Assembly: GCA_963720155.1 (NCBI GenBank)
Contig: CAVREP010000016.1
Span: 4,847 to 68,846, forward strand
From: an uncultured Acidobacteriota bacterium
GTDB lineage: Bacteria > Acidobacteriota > Terriglobia > Terriglobales > Acidobacteriaceae
DNA: 64,000 nucleotides
Reading direction: 5' to 3'
Positions 10,814-22,109 of this stretch are shown here, one piece after another. Under the pieces are notes generated by a model that worked only from the letters and a program-made list of their open reading frames with translations, searched no databases and had not been told where the DNA came from. The position numbers and the translations under genes were made by a program. The stretch's first letter is position 1; each line of letters starts with the position of its first letter.

Positions 10814-13375
10814 TCAAGAAGGACGATAATCGGGATCGGCGGCCGGTTCCCGCAGTCCCGCCATCTCCAGCGCCTGCAGGACAAATGCGTTCCATGCGAA
10901 CACACGGTGGTAACCGAAGAAAGGATGCCGAGCGTCCGTCGCAAGGTATTCCTGGCTGGCGGGAAAGTCGTAAGGGATGTTAAGTTCCGCCCACAACCGG
11001 TTCGTAATGGCTTGATCAGCTTTTTTCCACCCGTGCAGTTTGGCCGCGACGTACCCGCAGATCTCGATTCGCATCCAGCTTGCGCCGTTGTAGTAAATGC
11101 CATCCATATTGTGATTTGCGTAGTTGGCGCCGTGTTCTTGGCTGATCATGGGGTGCCACGAGTCGCTGAAGTATTCCCAACCTTCGCTATCCTTTCTCAA
11201 CCCAATGAAAATCGGGCGTACGGTCCCGCCTAACTCTGGGAATGGGGCATCTTTGCGGGACAGGAGCACAGGAATGCGCTCCAGATGATTGATCAGCATC
11301 TCATTTGTCAGCATTTTGTGTCTAAACAACCATAGCGAAAGGAACTCAGGAAAAATTTCAGCGAAACCTATGGCGTCGCTTATATCTCGCGTCGGACAGA
11401 CAAACTTTAGCGCTGGATTGTAGTACGATCGATACGCGTCTTCTGCCTTTGCGATGTACTCGTCCGTAATTCCGTCGCTGATCCCAGGAATTCTTAGTTC
11501 TTTGATGACCCTTAACGTTATTGCCAGCATCCCCTGGTTTTGGCAAATGTCCGAGGTTCCTTCCGGGAAACTGATGACATCAAGTTGCCCCATTACGAAC
11601 TGCGCCCAGCACACGCCGTCATGGCGTTTATCGTAGGTCTGCAAGCAGTATTCAGCGGCCTTGCGAATGTGATCCATCGGCAGTGCGGTCCCAAAGCGCA
11701 CCCGATTCCGCAGCCCCCAGATCAGCCACAACGGAGTCGAGTCGTTCGATTTGCGCTCCAAATTGGCCATGTACGGCTCGACCAACGTATTGATGGCTCC
11801 ATCCTCACCCTGATTGGCCGCCCAAACATTGAAGACGCCCTCGTTTAATTCGCGATTATGAATGCCGTTCAGCGCGAAGAAGCTATCACGCATGTACATT
11901 TCGCCAGCCGCGGAATACCAGATGCTAGGCGCGATCATGGCATGCTGATCATCTGGTGTAGCCGACCAGCACAGCATCCTCAGGTCAGCGTAAACAACCT
12001 CTTCTGTATCACCTCCGCGAAAACCTAACCCCTTCGCGAGATGCCGCTGGGCAGCTAGGCGATAACCGCGAAGCGTATTCGGAACCTCGTGGTCAACAAA
12101 GAGGAAAGAGGTCTTTTCCTGCGGGTGATCCATTTTGAGCCGATGGTACGGCTGTCTACGGGTGGGAATCCGGATGATTTGCAAGTCCCGAATTTCGATC
12201 TTCTGTGCAACACCAGAACGATGCTCTTGCACGTCTTGGTCCGATTCCGCCATGCATATGCACAGCGCACCGCCACTTCCGCGCAGCGAGGGAACGAAAA
12301 TGTCCGTACGAAGTTCCGACCAGTCGACCGGCGAGGGCGAAACACGATCGTTGTACAACGTGACGTTTTGCAGCTCATTCAATCGCTCATCAACATCCCA
12401 GAGTTGGACGGAGAAAGATTCTCCTGCGCGATACTTGAAACGCAGTGAGTAGATTTCAGAATCCCTTACAGGCAACGGGATGATTGCGCCTGCCTGGGAA
12501 TTACGGAGGTAGAGAACCGTGGTTCCACGTTGTTCATTCAGGTCCAACTCTCCTCGTTTGTGCCAACTGGAAACGCCCGGCAGTAACACGGCAAACCCAG
12601 AGTTCTGATCTTCATTGCGTACCACTTCCTCGCCGAAGGTCTGGCTGACGAAGAAACGCCGCTGGTCACGATCATCTTCTCGGCAGACATAGCAAAGATT
12701 AGCATCCGTGATTTGGTGAGGCGCTGGCTTCACAGGTTTTCCATCTCGCCGGATGATCCGGTTCCAACCATTGCGATAGCCCGAATCCGTGAGCAGCCCA
12801 ACTGTGACGTTGCCATCCGTTCGAAATCCGGCAGTAGGAAAAGGTTCATGCAATGGGCCACCTTTGCAGTTGAGCTCATTGAAGCTCCAGAAGGATGCTG
12901 GCGGATCGAACGGTTCGAGCGCATTAGTTACCTGGTAAAGCAAGCCATACATATCGGTTTGATGCAAACGAATTGTCTTTCGCACGATTTGTGGAGTCAG
13001 GACTTTGTATTCCACCTTCACACGAATGTTCGCGTTCAAATTCGGAAGCTTGCAGTTTCCTTCCAACAACAGCCCCTCTTCACTCTCCGTGTACGAAACG
13101 GCCCTCCAGTGGTCTACGCGATCTTCGATGCTGCGATCGGAATTGTGAAAAACCGCGGAAAATTCCCCTTCGCCCCGATGGCGGGCGATGGGCCGCCCAC
13201 TAAAGAGAATGATTGCCTGATAGCCGGAACGGGCATCTCCAGTTGCTTTCACACTAACGCGTCCACTGGGCGACTGCCCGGCCTCAATTCCGAATACGCC
13301 TTGCGGAAGTATGACTTCCGCCAACCCTGCGGCCGCTGAACTTGCGATGAACCGACGGCGTGAAACTCTGACCAT
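10814..13375 (-). CDS. Tat-signal protein with C-terminal (alpha/alpha)6-barrel glycoside-hydrolase-like domain (GH63/GDE_C-like)
   Basis: 853 aa. Twin-arginine leader MVRVSRRRFIASSAAAGLA. The C-terminal part has YYNGASWM and other six-hairpin-like motifs. Family assignment is tentative. Confidence 0.65.
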   Translation of the reverse strand: MVRVSRRRFIASSAAAGLAEVILPQGVFGIEAGQSPSGRVSVKATGDARSGYQAIILFSGRPIARHRGEGEFSAVFHNSDRSIEDRVDHWRAVSYTESEEGLLLEGNCKLPNLNANIRVKVEYKVLTPQIVRKTIRLHQTDMYGLLYQVTNALEPFDPPASFWSFNELNCKGGPLHEPFPTAGFRTDGNVTVGLLTDSGYRNGWNRIIRRDGKPVKPAPHQITDANLCYVCREDDRDQRRFFVSQTFGEEVVRNEDQNSGFAVLLPGVSSWHKRGELDLNEQRGTTVLYLRNSQAGAIIPLPVRDSEIYSLRFKYRAGESFSVQLWDVDERLNELQNVTLYNDRVSPSPVDWSELRTDIFVPSLRGSGGALCICMAESDQDVQEHRSGVAQKIEIRDLQIIRIPTRRQPYHRLKMDHPQEKTSFLFVDHEVPNTLRGYRLAAQRHLAKGLGFRGGDTEEVVYADLRMLCWSATPDDQHAMIAPSIWYSAAGEMYMRDSFFALNGIHNRELNEGVFNVWAANQGEDGAINTLVEPYMANLERKSNDSTPLWLIWGLRNRVRFGTALPMDHIRKAAEYCLQTYDKRHDGVCWAQFVMGQLDVISFPEGTSDICQNQGMLAITLRVIKELRIPGISDGITDEYIAKAEDAYRSYYNPALKFVCPTRDISDAIGFAEIFPEFLSLWLFRHKMLTNEMLINHLERIPVLLSRKDAPFPELGGTVRPIFIGLRKDSEGWEYFSDSWHPMISQEHGANYANHNMDGIYYNGASWMRIEICGYVAAKLHGWKKADQAITNRLWAELNIPYDFPASQEYLATDARHPFFGYHRVFAWNAFVLQALEMAGLREPAADPDYRPS

Positions 13376-13538
13376 CTCAATTAGCCTCGCAGCGACATTA
13401 TATTAGCGTCTTTAGTCCGTCACCGCTGACCTGGCGTCTCTCACGTCTCCGTCCGAGATGCAAGAACAACAACTCACGATCTGCAACTACTTGTGTCAAA
13501 GCAACCGAGCTGATCCGCGGCTGAACTTTAAGCCATGA

Positions 13539-14444
13539 TTAGCCGATCGGGGCGGGCCGTCGTTGTTCCTGATACGCCTGTTGCGCCAGAACCAAAGCTC
13601 CTGCTATTCCCGCCCGATCACCGAGTTTGGCTGGGACTATGTATTGATCCAAGTTTTCAGTCAATTCTCGGGATTGCACATACCCATTCAGCAATCGGAC
13701 GAGTTCGCTGCGGATCGGAGGAAAGATCCAATGCCCTTGCACAACTCCACCGCCAAGTACGATACGCTTGGGCGACAGCGTGCAAACCCAATTCGCAAGT
13801 CCGAGGGCGAGATAGTGTGCTTCGAGCGTCCACGCCGGATGATCCATAGGTAGTTCCGGCGCTGGCTTGCCCCATCGTGCTTGAATGGCAGGCCCGGATG
13901 CGAGCCCTTCTAGACAGTCGCCATGAAATGGGCAGCAACCCGGATAGCGGTCCCGCTGCCGATCGTGCGGGATTCGGATGTGCCCCATTTCGGGATGAAC
14001 TAAACCGTGCAGAAGTTGGCCGTTTACGATCACGCCACCACCGATTCCGGTCCCAACGGTGAGGTACACAAAATCCGAGATGTACTGCGCAGCTCCCCAG
14101 CGTGCTTCTCCCAGGGCGGCTGCGTTCACGTCGGTGTCGAACCCGATCGGTACATCAAACGCCGCGCGAACCGCACTGACGAAATTGAAGTTCTGCCAAG
14201 CGATCTTTGGAGTGGAAGTGATGTGGCCAAAAGTTGGAGATGACGGAGAAAGATCGACAGGACCGAACGAACCGATGCCGATTGCTTGCAATTTTCCATC
14301 GCTGCGCTCGCGTAAGAAATTCAGTGCATCAGCCATGGTTATCTCTGGCGATGTTGTCGGCAATTGCGTGATGGCCAGGTTGGCGGGATCAGTGCCAACC
14401 GCACATACAAACTTAGTGCCGCCTGCTTCAATGGCCCCAAACAC
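13539..14444 (-). CDS. ROK-family fructokinase/sugar kinase
   Basis: GTG start behind GGGAGG. AIEAGGTKF, DTDVNAAALGE, GTGIGGG, and the zinc motif CPFHGDCLEG. Confidence 0.85.
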   Translation of the reverse strand: MFGAIEAGGTKFVCAVGTDPANLAITQLPTTSPEITMADALNFLRERSDGKLQAIGIGSFGPVDLSPSSPTFGHITSTPKIAWQNFNFVSAVRAAFDVPIGFDTDVNAAALGEARWGAAQYISDFVYLTVGTGIGGGVIVNGQLLHGLVHPEMGHIRIPHDRQRDRYPGCCPFHGDCLEGLASGPAIQARWGKPAPELPMDHPAWTLEAHYLALGLANWVCTLSPKRIVLGGGVVQGHWIFPPIRSELVRLLNGYVQSRELTENLDQYIVPAKLGDRAGIAGALVLAQQAYQEQRRPAPIG

Positions 14445-14732
14445 GCTTTTTCCTCCCTACTGAGCCTGCGCTCTGGGTTCTCAATCGTGGGCAGTTCTTG
14501 ATAACACACTGGGACTGGCTGAGGATACAGTCCTCTACTCTTTTGGTGGTGCAGTTCTTTGTGGTGTTGATCGTATGCCCAGAAATCAAGGGTTTCACTT
14601 TGGAGGCGATCCAGAAGAGGGTGGTCGCCACTGGCTAGACGCCGGAAAACGCGCGCTTTCCCGCTGCTCTGAAGTTCTCTTATTCAATGTTGAATACTTC
14701 CTTCGCACGGAAATGGGCGTTATTATGCGGAT

Positions 14733-16757
14733 ATGTCTGGGTCGGTTTCCGTACCCCTTGGTGGAAATAAATTGCCGCGTAGCTGTCGGACCCTGTTTCA
14801 GCTTGTGACGTTTTTGGCGGCATGTTGGGGCCAACTAACTGCGCAAGGCACAGCACCGGACGTCACTCTCAGTGAGACGGTCCGGGCTCACTTCTCTGCG
14901 GCGCAAGAGGCACAGCAGCGACGTGACTATGCCGCCGCCGAGCGCGAATACCGGGCCGTGCTGGCTGAACTCCCCAACTTCGCCGAAGTCCGCATGAATC
15001 TTGGCCTGCTGTATCAGCTTCAGGACCGTACCCCGGAAGCCATGGCAGAATTCCGTCTTGCGTTGAAAGACAATCCGACACTGGCGGGCGCAAATTTCTT
15101 CCTTGGAGTTGACTACTGCAAGAGTGGCAATGGAGCAAAAGCGATCCCGTATCTGAGGGCCGCTTCGCGAGAGGAACCAAGCCGGCCAGATATCTGGTCA
15201 TGGTTGGCGACCGCGCAGGAAATCTCGGGTGATTATCAGGCCGAAGTTGCGACTCTGAAACATGCTCTCACCTTGCAATCGCATGACGTGGACATGCTTT
15301 ATCTGCTCGGCCATACCTATGAGACGCTGGGTAAGCGAGAAGTCACTAGACTTGAAAAAGCCGCTCCTGCTTCCTCGTGGTCCGAGCAATTGCTGGCCGA
15401 GAGTTATTCGTCCTCGACGGAGTGGTCTTTCTCGGTCATTCGATTCCAGAATGCACTAGCGCTAACACCAAACCGCCCCGAGCTGCATGTGAGGCTGGGC
15501 GAGGTTTTTCTGCACGCGGGCAGACTCGACCAGGCAGCGCCGGAATTCGAGCAGGAGTTGCGGATTAGTCCTAACGATTTGCGCGCAATGGTCCGCCGAG
15601 GCGAAGTGAAGCTGATCCAAGGCGACACTGATGCGGCACTCGAAGAGTGGACACGGGCGCTTACCATGGACAGACCCCGAACTGAGCGTGTTTTGGGCGT
15701 ACATGAGACTGGATTTGGGGAAGGCGCTTTCGATCAACTGCCGGACTCATTGCGCCAGCGGATTCAGTCCGTTGCCCCCCAGATTCGCGCGCGCCACGAT
15801 GCTGCTGCCAATTTGGCAGTCGCATTTCTGGCGGCGCAGAATGGCAGCTCACTTCCTGATGACACAGAAGCGGCCCGGTCCACGAATGCGACTGTCGCCC
15901 GGGACTGCATAGAACGGGACGTGGTGAAAGCGCTGGATGCGGGTCAGTACTCTAGTGTTTCAGCGTGCTTGCTACAGGTGTTGACGCCGCATTCATCGGG
16001 CGATTTTCGCATTAAGGTTGCTGAAGCACTTTTCGAACTCGGAGAATATGAGAGTGCTCTGAAGGCCTTCAGCGGGCTGTCCAATCAGGACTCTCCGCCG
16101 GCATACTATTGGCGTGCCCGCTGCTTCGAAAAATTGGCTACTCAAGCTTACCTTCGGCTTTATCAGGCAGACCCGAATTCATATCGCGTGCATGAGTTGA
16201 CGGGGGATCTAGAAGCTGCGAAGGCAAACGATGGCAAAGCAATCGAAGAGTATCGCACAGCCGTTGCTATGAAACCCTCCGTGCCAAATTTGCATTACAG
16301 TTTGGGCCATCTGCTGTGGAAAGACCTTAAGACGGATGAAGCCCGCAAGGAATTGAACGCGGAGCTGGAATTGAATCCCCGGCATACGGGAGCGCTTCAT
16401 GACCTTGGCAACACTTACTTGCTCGAGCACCAACCGGAACAGGCTCTCGCATACTTAAAGCGAGCCGTTGAGGTCGAGCCAGGAGATCCGGATATTCATC
16501 GTGATTTGGGGACCGCGTACGCCGATCTTCACGACTACGCGAAAGCAGAAGCGGAATTCAAGGCTGCAATACCTGGGGATCAGGATGGCTCGGTGCACTA
16601 CAAGTTGGCCAGGGTGTATCAAGCGGAAGGGCAAAGGGAGAGCGCGGCGCACGAGTTCGAGCTCTCTACTTCGCTGAACCGCGAATCGCACGCTAAACTC
16701 GAAAAGCAAACTGAACGGCTGAATCAAATCGAGGGCGTATCTTCGCCGCATCCGTAG
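14733..16757 (+). CDS. TPR-repeat protein
   Basis: 674 aa. Signal-like N-terminus. Many 34-residue TPR units (e.g. ALAYLKRAVEVEPGDPDIHRDLGTAY). Confidence 0.8.
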   Translation: MSGSVSVPLGGNKLPRSCRTLFQLVTFLAACWGQLTAQGTAPDVTLSETVRAHFSAAQEAQQRRDYAAAEREYRAVLAELPNFAEVRMNLGLLYQLQDRTPEAMAEFRLALKDNPTLAGANFFLGVDYCKSGNGAKAIPYLRAASREEPSRPDIWSWLATAQEISGDYQAEVATLKHALTLQSHDVDMLYLLGHTYETLGKREVTRLEKAAPASSWSEQLLAESYSSSTEWSFSVIRFQNALALTPNRPELHVRLGEVFLHAGRLDQAAPEFEQELRISPNDLRAMVRRGEVKLIQGDTDAALEEWTRALTMDRPRTERVLGVHETGFGEGAFDQLPDSLRQRIQSVAPQIRARHDAAANLAVAFLAAQNGSSLPDDTEAARSTNATVARDCIERDVVKALDAGQYSSVSACLLQVLTPHSSGDFRIKVAEALFELGEYESALKAFSGLSNQDSPPAYYWRARCFEKLATQAYLRLYQADPNSYRVHELTGDLEAAKANDGKAIEEYRTAVAMKPSVPNLHYSLGHLLWKDLKTDEARKELNAELELNPRHTGALHDLGNTYLLEHQPEQALAYLKRAVEVEPGDPDIHRDLGTAYADLHDYAKAEAEFKAAIPGDQDGSVHYKLARVYQAEGQRESAAHEFELSTSLNRESHAKLEKQTERLNQIEGVSSPHP

Positions 16758-16821
16758 GAGACTGCCGTTGGGGTGAGGGGAACTCTTACGATCTCGAATC
16801 GCGAGACGATATCGGAAGCCA

Positions 16822-18474
16822 ATGCGACACGGCCCGCAAACGCTGATCTCTAAATTCCTGCTTTCGCTCGGTCTCGCTGCGCAGGTTTTTTTTCTCGTAT
16901 CCGGCACTGGTTTTGCCAGTCAGGAAAAAGCTGATGCTTCAATCCGGGCCGACGAGAGCGATTCTCTGCAGCAGGGGCTCAAAGCGCTTCAGGATAATCG
17001 TCTCGAGGAAGCCCTCAGATATCTCACCGCTGCGGAAGGTGGCCAACCGGCGGATGCACGGATTCGAAACTTCCGTGGAATAGTGCTGGTGCGTTTGGGA
17101 CGAAACAGCGAAGCAGCGAACGAGTATCGGGAGGCCATCCGCTTAGATCCCAAGCTTGAGGATGGCTACAAGAACCTGGGATTTCTGGAGTGGACCGACC
17201 ACCATCTTGAAAGCGCCCGTGCACAGTTACAACGGGCTTTGGAACTCGCTCCAGATGATTCGTTCGCGCGCTACTACCTCGGACGAGTGCAACTCGATGC
17301 TGGCTTATACGAAAGTGCGTTTAACGAACTGGATCGTTCCGGGGTGGGGTTGCCAGAGGACCCTCAATTCCTTATCGAAGCAACAAATGGCTATCTCGCG
17401 CTTGGGCGGCAGCAGAAGGCTCGCGAGGTCATCGATCGCCTATCGACTATGCGGCTCAGCGACAGTGACGTTGCTGTTGTTGCCCGGTTTCTGCTTTCCG
17501 ATGGGGATAATGCGATTGCAATCGACCTCTTGCGCCGATTGAGCGAGCGCAAAAATCCAGTCGGGCCGCGCTGGGCTCGGTTGGATCTAGCTTTGTCTTA
17601 TCTCAAGGCAGGCAATTTCGAAAAAGCCGCCGCGGAGAACCGAATGTTAATCGAAGAGCCGCAATTTGCCGGAGCACCTGGTGAGGAAGCGGCCTCGGCG
17701 TGGTCGGTAGTTGGCATCGCAAAGGCACGTCTCGGCCAATCGGATGCTGCGGTTGACGCCTTTCGTCAGGCAACAAAGCTTGATTCCCATCGAGAAGAAC
17801 ACTGGCTGAATCTGACACGTGAGCTCATGGAGTCAAACCGCCTCGTGGAAGCAATCTCCGCCGCTCAGGAAGCCCTTAAGTCGAACCCCGAGTCCTATGC
17901 TCTCCATTTGCGTTTAGGAGCTGCGTATTTGTCAAGCGATCGTTATTCGGAATCGGAGAGCGTATTCCGTCGGTTGATTGCGGCGGGTGATCCGCTGCCG
18001 ACCAGTTACGTCGGACTGGCGCAGGTGCTTTTGCGAACCGGCCGGGCAGAAGAAGCTGTCTCCGAACTCGCAGCTGCCGGGAAAAAGTTGGGACCGCACT
18101 TTCTCATCAGTTATTTTCAAGGATTGGCGCTGGATCGGGCCGCTCGTCCGGCCGAAGCCATCTCCGCGTTTCAGGACGCCATTCGGCTCAATCCTGGCAG
18201 CTCCGAAGCTCACCTGGGTTTGGGAAAAACGGAGCTTCTGGTTGGTCATAATCATGAGGCGATCGCTGAACTTCAGAAGTGCCTCCAACTCAGCTCCGGT
18301 AACGTGCAGGCGCAACGTTTACTGAGTCAAGCATATCGCCGGGCAGGGGACACCGAGGCAGCCTCGCGATATTCGCACGAAACCGCGGAAAAAGATCCTG
18401 CCCCTCAGAACGACCTGTTGGGCGACTTCATGTTACCGGAATGGCAAAGTCCTCCCCAACGCGCGGGACAATAA
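16822..18474 (+). CDS. TPR-repeat protein
   Basis: 550 aa. Signal-like N-terminus. TPR units (e.g. EAANEYREAIRLDPKLEDGYKNLGFL). Confidence 0.8.
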   Translation: MRHGPQTLISKFLLSLGLAAQVFFLVSGTGFASQEKADASIRADESDSLQQGLKALQDNRLEEALRYLTAAEGGQPADARIRNFRGIVLVRLGRNSEAANEYREAIRLDPKLEDGYKNLGFLEWTDHHLESARAQLQRALELAPDDSFARYYLGRVQLDAGLYESAFNELDRSGVGLPEDPQFLIEATNGYLALGRQQKAREVIDRLSTMRLSDSDVAVVARFLLSDGDNAIAIDLLRRLSERKNPVGPRWARLDLALSYLKAGNFEKAAAENRMLIEEPQFAGAPGEEAASAWSVVGIAKARLGQSDAAVDAFRQATKLDSHREEHWLNLTRELMESNRLVEAISAAQEALKSNPESYALHLRLGAAYLSSDRYSESESVFRRLIAAGDPLPTSYVGLAQVLLRTGRAEEAVSELAAAGKKLGPHFLISYFQGLALDRAARPAEAISAFQDAIRLNPGSSEAHLGLGKTELLVGHNHEAIAELQKCLQLSSGNVQAQRLLSQAYRRAGDTEAASRYSHETAEKDPAPQNDLLGDFMLPEWQSPPQRAGQ

Positions 18475-18582
18475 TCGCCTCGTCCTTGAGCCGGTTTGCG
18501 ATTCAACTAGTTTCGAGCTAAGGTGAAAGCAACAGAAGCATTGGTCTGCTTTGAACAGGCGGCAACTTTCCGATAAGGGCTC

Positions 18583-20367
18583 ATGAACAGGGTTAGCCGA
18601 TTCTCTACTTCTGGGCGCCGAGTGTTGTCTGCTTTGAGTTTCGCGTTGATTTGCTCAGGTCTTGTTGCGACTGCACAGACTGTCAACAACCCCTCTCCTG
18701 CGAAGGATTCTCCACCGCTCGCCCAGTTCGAGGACATCGCCTCGAAGGCCGGCCTGACAATGACTGACATTTTCGGGGGCGTGAACACAAAAACATACAT
18801 AATCGAAACCACCGGCGCCGGCGTGGCCGTCTTTGATTACGACAATGATGGCTGGCCTGACATTTTCTTTGTGAATGGAACCACGCTTGAGCTGGCAGGC
18901 AGCGGAAAGGGCCCCAGCGGCCATTTGTATCGCAACAATCACGATGGGACGTTCACCGATGTCACCATCAAGGCTGGGCTTGCCACGGCCGTAGGGTGGG
19001 GGCAGGGCGTGTGCGTGGGCGATTACGACAACGACGGTTGGGAAGATCTCTACATCACTTACTACGGCAAGAACCGGCTTTACCACAACCGGAACGGGGT
19101 CTTTGAGGAGGTAGCGGAGAAGGCTGGGGTTGCGGGTTCCGGAAGGTCCTGGGGAACAGGCTGCGCTTTCGTTGATTACGATCGCGACGGTTATCTTGAC
19201 CTGGTGGTTGCGAACTACGTTGATTTCGATCAAGCGACGGTTGCGAAACCTGGAGAACGGTCAACTTGCGTGTGGAAAGGTGTGCCGGTGATGTGCGGAC
19301 CTCGAGGGCTGCGTGGCGCGAAGAATACTCTATATCGAAACCGCGGCGACGGCACTTTTGAGGATGTGACCGTCAAGGCCCACGTTGATCGCACCGAAGG
19401 GCATTACGGACTGGGAGTCACCACCCTCGACTTTGATGATGATGGCTGGCCAGATATCTACATCGCATGCGATAGTGCGCCCAGCATTCTCTACCGCAAC
19501 AACCACGATGGCACCTTCACTGATGTCGCGGTGTCAGCCGGTGTCGCGTTCAACGAAGACGGCCGGGAGCAGGCTGGCATGGGAATTACTGTCGCTGATT
19601 TCAACGGCGACGGCCGCTTGGATTTGTTCAAGACAAATTTTTCTGACGATACCCCAACCTTATACCGCAATGATGGGGGCGGAGTCTTTACCGACGTTAC
19701 TTATGCGGCCGGTTTAGGAGCGCACACCCAGTATCTCGGTTGGGGCACAATGTTCTTTGATTTTGACAACGATGGTTGGCCAGATCTGATCCTGGCGAAT
19801 GGGCACGTTTATCCGGAAGTCGAGCAATTTCATCTCGGCGGCGAATTCAAAGAACCGCGAATCCTCTATCACAACAACGGCAACGGGACGTTCACCGACG
19901 TATCCGGAAGCGCTGGCCCCGGTATCACCGCCGTCTCTTCTGCCCGTGGCTTGGCGGTGGGCGATCTATGGAATGATGGCCGGCTTTCCGTGGTGATCAA
20001 TAACATGAACGATCAGCCGAGCTTGTTGGTGAATTCGGTTCGATCTCCCAACCACTGGATCGGTTTCAAAACCCTGGGGACACGTTCTAACCGCGACGGT
20101 ATCGGAGCAAAGATCACGGTCACCGTCGACAAGCGAAAAATGGTCGATGAAGTGCGGAGCGGTTCAAGTTACGCTTCACAGAGCGATATTCGGGTGCACT
20201 TTGGTCTTGGCTCTGCAACCAAGGTAGACTCCGTTGAGGTCCGCTGGCCCAGCGGGCTGGTTGAGCGCTATGACGATCTTCCCCTAGATACGATTGACAC
20301 TCTGAAGGAAGGTTCCGGTACCGCAACCAAGCCTGAGAATGGGAAGTCCTTGACGACCGGCCATTAA
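18583..20367 (+). CDS. CRTAC1-family protein (FG-GAP/VCBS repeats plus ASPIC/UnbV domain)
   Basis: Repeated DxDxDG loops (DYDNDGWPD, DYDRDGYLD, DFDDDGWPD, DFNGDGRLD). C-terminal NRDGIGAKITV..GSSYASQSD..VHFGLG..VEVRWPSG. Confidence 0.85.
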   Translation: MNRVSRFSTSGRRVLSALSFALICSGLVATAQTVNNPSPAKDSPPLAQFEDIASKAGLTMTDIFGGVNTKTYIIETTGAGVAVFDYDNDGWPDIFFVNGTTLELAGSGKGPSGHLYRNNHDGTFTDVTIKAGLATAVGWGQGVCVGDYDNDGWEDLYITYYGKNRLYHNRNGVFEEVAEKAGVAGSGRSWGTGCAFVDYDRDGYLDLVVANYVDFDQATVAKPGERSTCVWKGVPVMCGPRGLRGAKNTLYRNRGDGTFEDVTVKAHVDRTEGHYGLGVTTLDFDDDGWPDIYIACDSAPSILYRNNHDGTFTDVAVSAGVAFNEDGREQAGMGITVADFNGDGRLDLFKTNFSDDTPTLYRNDGGGVFTDVTYAAGLGAHTQYLGWGTMFFDFDNDGWPDLILANGHVYPEVEQFHLGGEFKEPRILYHNNGNGTFTDVSGSAGPGITAVSSARGLAVGDLWNDGRLSVVINNMNDQPSLLVNSVRSPNHWIGFKTLGTRSNRDGIGAKITVTVDKRKMVDEVRSGSSYASQSDIRVHFGLGSATKVDSVEVRWPSGLVERYDDLPLDTIDTLKEGSGTATKPENGKSLTTGH

Positions 20368-22109
20368 TGGCGCTCTTCTTTGGTACTCGGTAGCGAAGGT
20401 TCATCAATTTGAAGAATCTGATCGGCGCGCACGTTCTGGATGGTCTGACGGATACCGCTCGGCCACTGAATCTCAATCGACTTCGCGTTGGCGTCCTGCC
20501 CTAAGCCGAAATGAAGGCGCTTATCACTGGAGGACAAATAGCTACCTGCAGTCGTCACAGTCGCGAACTGCGTGCCGTGTTCGCTGACCAGCGTGACTCC
20601 TGCTCCGATCGCGTCGCGATTGCTCTTGTGGCCCACTAGACTGAGAATCAGCCAGTGATTCGATGTTCTCGTGTCATTGTGCAGCACGTGAATCGGGCCA
20701 TTGTTAGTCGTGACGACTACGTCTACTCTTCCATCGTTATCTATGTCACCGGTCGCCAAACCGCGACCGACCCAAGGCTGCTGAAACACGGCCCCCGCTT
20801 CCTGTGAAACATCCACGAAGTTCCTGCCCGCGTTTCTCGCCAGGAGCATAGGTTCGCGGTAGTGGAGGTTGGGAAATGTTAGCTCAATGTTGTCCAGATC
20901 GTGCCCCTGCGCAATGATCAGGCCTCTCCGACCGTCATTGTCATAATCAAGAAATCGCACCCCCCAACCGGAGTGCCTGAAGCTCATCGGACCGAGGCCT
21001 GAGGGATAGCTATCGTAGCTAAACGTGCCGTCGCCGTCGTTACGGAATAACGCATACATTTGATCTGCCAGGTCAGTGACGACCAAATCCGGAAGTCCGT
21101 CATTGTTATAGTCCGTGAATTCGACTCCCATTCCGGCAAAAGAGCGGCCTTCTCCATCAACTGCTACGCCCGATCGCAGTCCAACCTCCTCAAAAGTTCC
21201 GTTACCAGAGTTGTGATACAAAAACTCTGGCATCGAATCGTTGGCAAAGAAAAGATCGATATGCCCATCTCGGTCGTAATCTGCGAGTGCGATCCCCAAT
21301 CCCTTGCCTTCTTTTGAGAGCCCGAGTTTCTGCGACACTTCCGTAAAATGCCCGTTACCGTCGTTGTGGTAGACAAGGGGACTGATGGGACGAAATGAAT
21401 CCGGGGGGCAGTAAGCTCGAAATCCTTCTTTGCGTTCGCCGCACCACAAATCGAAAAAATCCCACTGCATGTATCGGAGCACGACCAGATCCAGCAGGCC
21501 GTCATTGTCCAGATCAACCCAGGCAGCGCTCGTCGACCACCCGCCGCCTGCCACTCCCGCTTGTGCGGTAACATCGGTGAATGTGCCGTCACCGTTGTTG
21601 TGGTACAGTTTGTTGCCTCCATAGCTGGTTACATACAAGTCTTCATAGCCATCATTGTCGTAATCGCCAACGGCGACCCCAAATCCATAGCCCACACCTT
21701 GTAGGCCCGCCTTCTCTGTTACATCTTCGAAAGTGCCATCAGGCTTCTGGTGAAAAAGTCGGTTCCAATACTCCGGTCCTGTCTTCTGCGGGATGGTGCC
21801 CTTCGGCGTAGGGTCGGTTAATGGCGCTCCGTTGATCGCAAAAATATCCAGTCGTCCATCGTTGTCATAATCAAACAGAGCCACTCCGGAACCCATGGTT
21901 TCAATCAGGTATTTTTTTGAAGTGTGCGAGGCGACATGCTGAAAATGTACGCCCAGGGCTGACGTCACATCGGAGAACCTAGGCTGGACCGCGGGAGCGG
22001 CGTTTGAGCTTTGGCATAAAACGGCTCGCGCAGGAAAAAGGACCAGCGATAGCAAGAGCAAACGAGCGCGGGAAATCGTGCCAGAAGACCGGATGAGCCT
22101 GTTCATCAA
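20364..22109 (-). CDS. CRTAC1-family protein (paralog, convergent)
   Basis: DYDNDGRLD, DYDNDGYED, DLDNDGLLD, DYDRDGHID, DYNNDGLPD. NRDAIGAGVTL..SSSDKRLHFGLG..IEIQWPSG. Its stop overlaps the stop of the + strand paralog (TTAA). Confidence 0.85.
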   Translation of the reverse strand: MMNRLIRSSGTISRARLLLLSLVLFPARAVLCQSSNAAPAVQPRFSDVTSALGVHFQHVASHTSKKYLIETMGSGVALFDYDNDGRLDIFAINGAPLTDPTPKGTIPQKTGPEYWNRLFHQKPDGTFEDVTEKAGLQGVGYGFGVAVGDYDNDGYEDLYVTSYGGNKLYHNNGDGTFTDVTAQAGVAGGGWSTSAAWVDLDNDGLLDLVVLRYMQWDFFDLWCGERKEGFRAYCPPDSFRPISPLVYHNDGNGHFTEVSQKLGLSKEGKGLGIALADYDRDGHIDLFFANDSMPEFLYHNSGNGTFEEVGLRSGVAVDGEGRSFAGMGVEFTDYNNDGLPDLVVTDLADQMYALFRNDGDGTFSYDSYPSGLGPMSFRHSGWGVRFLDYDNDGRRGLIIAQGHDLDNIELTFPNLHYREPMLLARNAGRNFVDVSQEAGAVFQQPWVGRGLATGDIDNDGRVDVVVTTNNGPIHVLHNDTRTSNHWLILSLVGHKSNRDAIGAGVTLVSEHGTQFATVTTAGSYLSSSDKRLHFGLGQDANAKSIEIQWPSGIRQTIQNVRADQILQIDEPSLPSTKEERH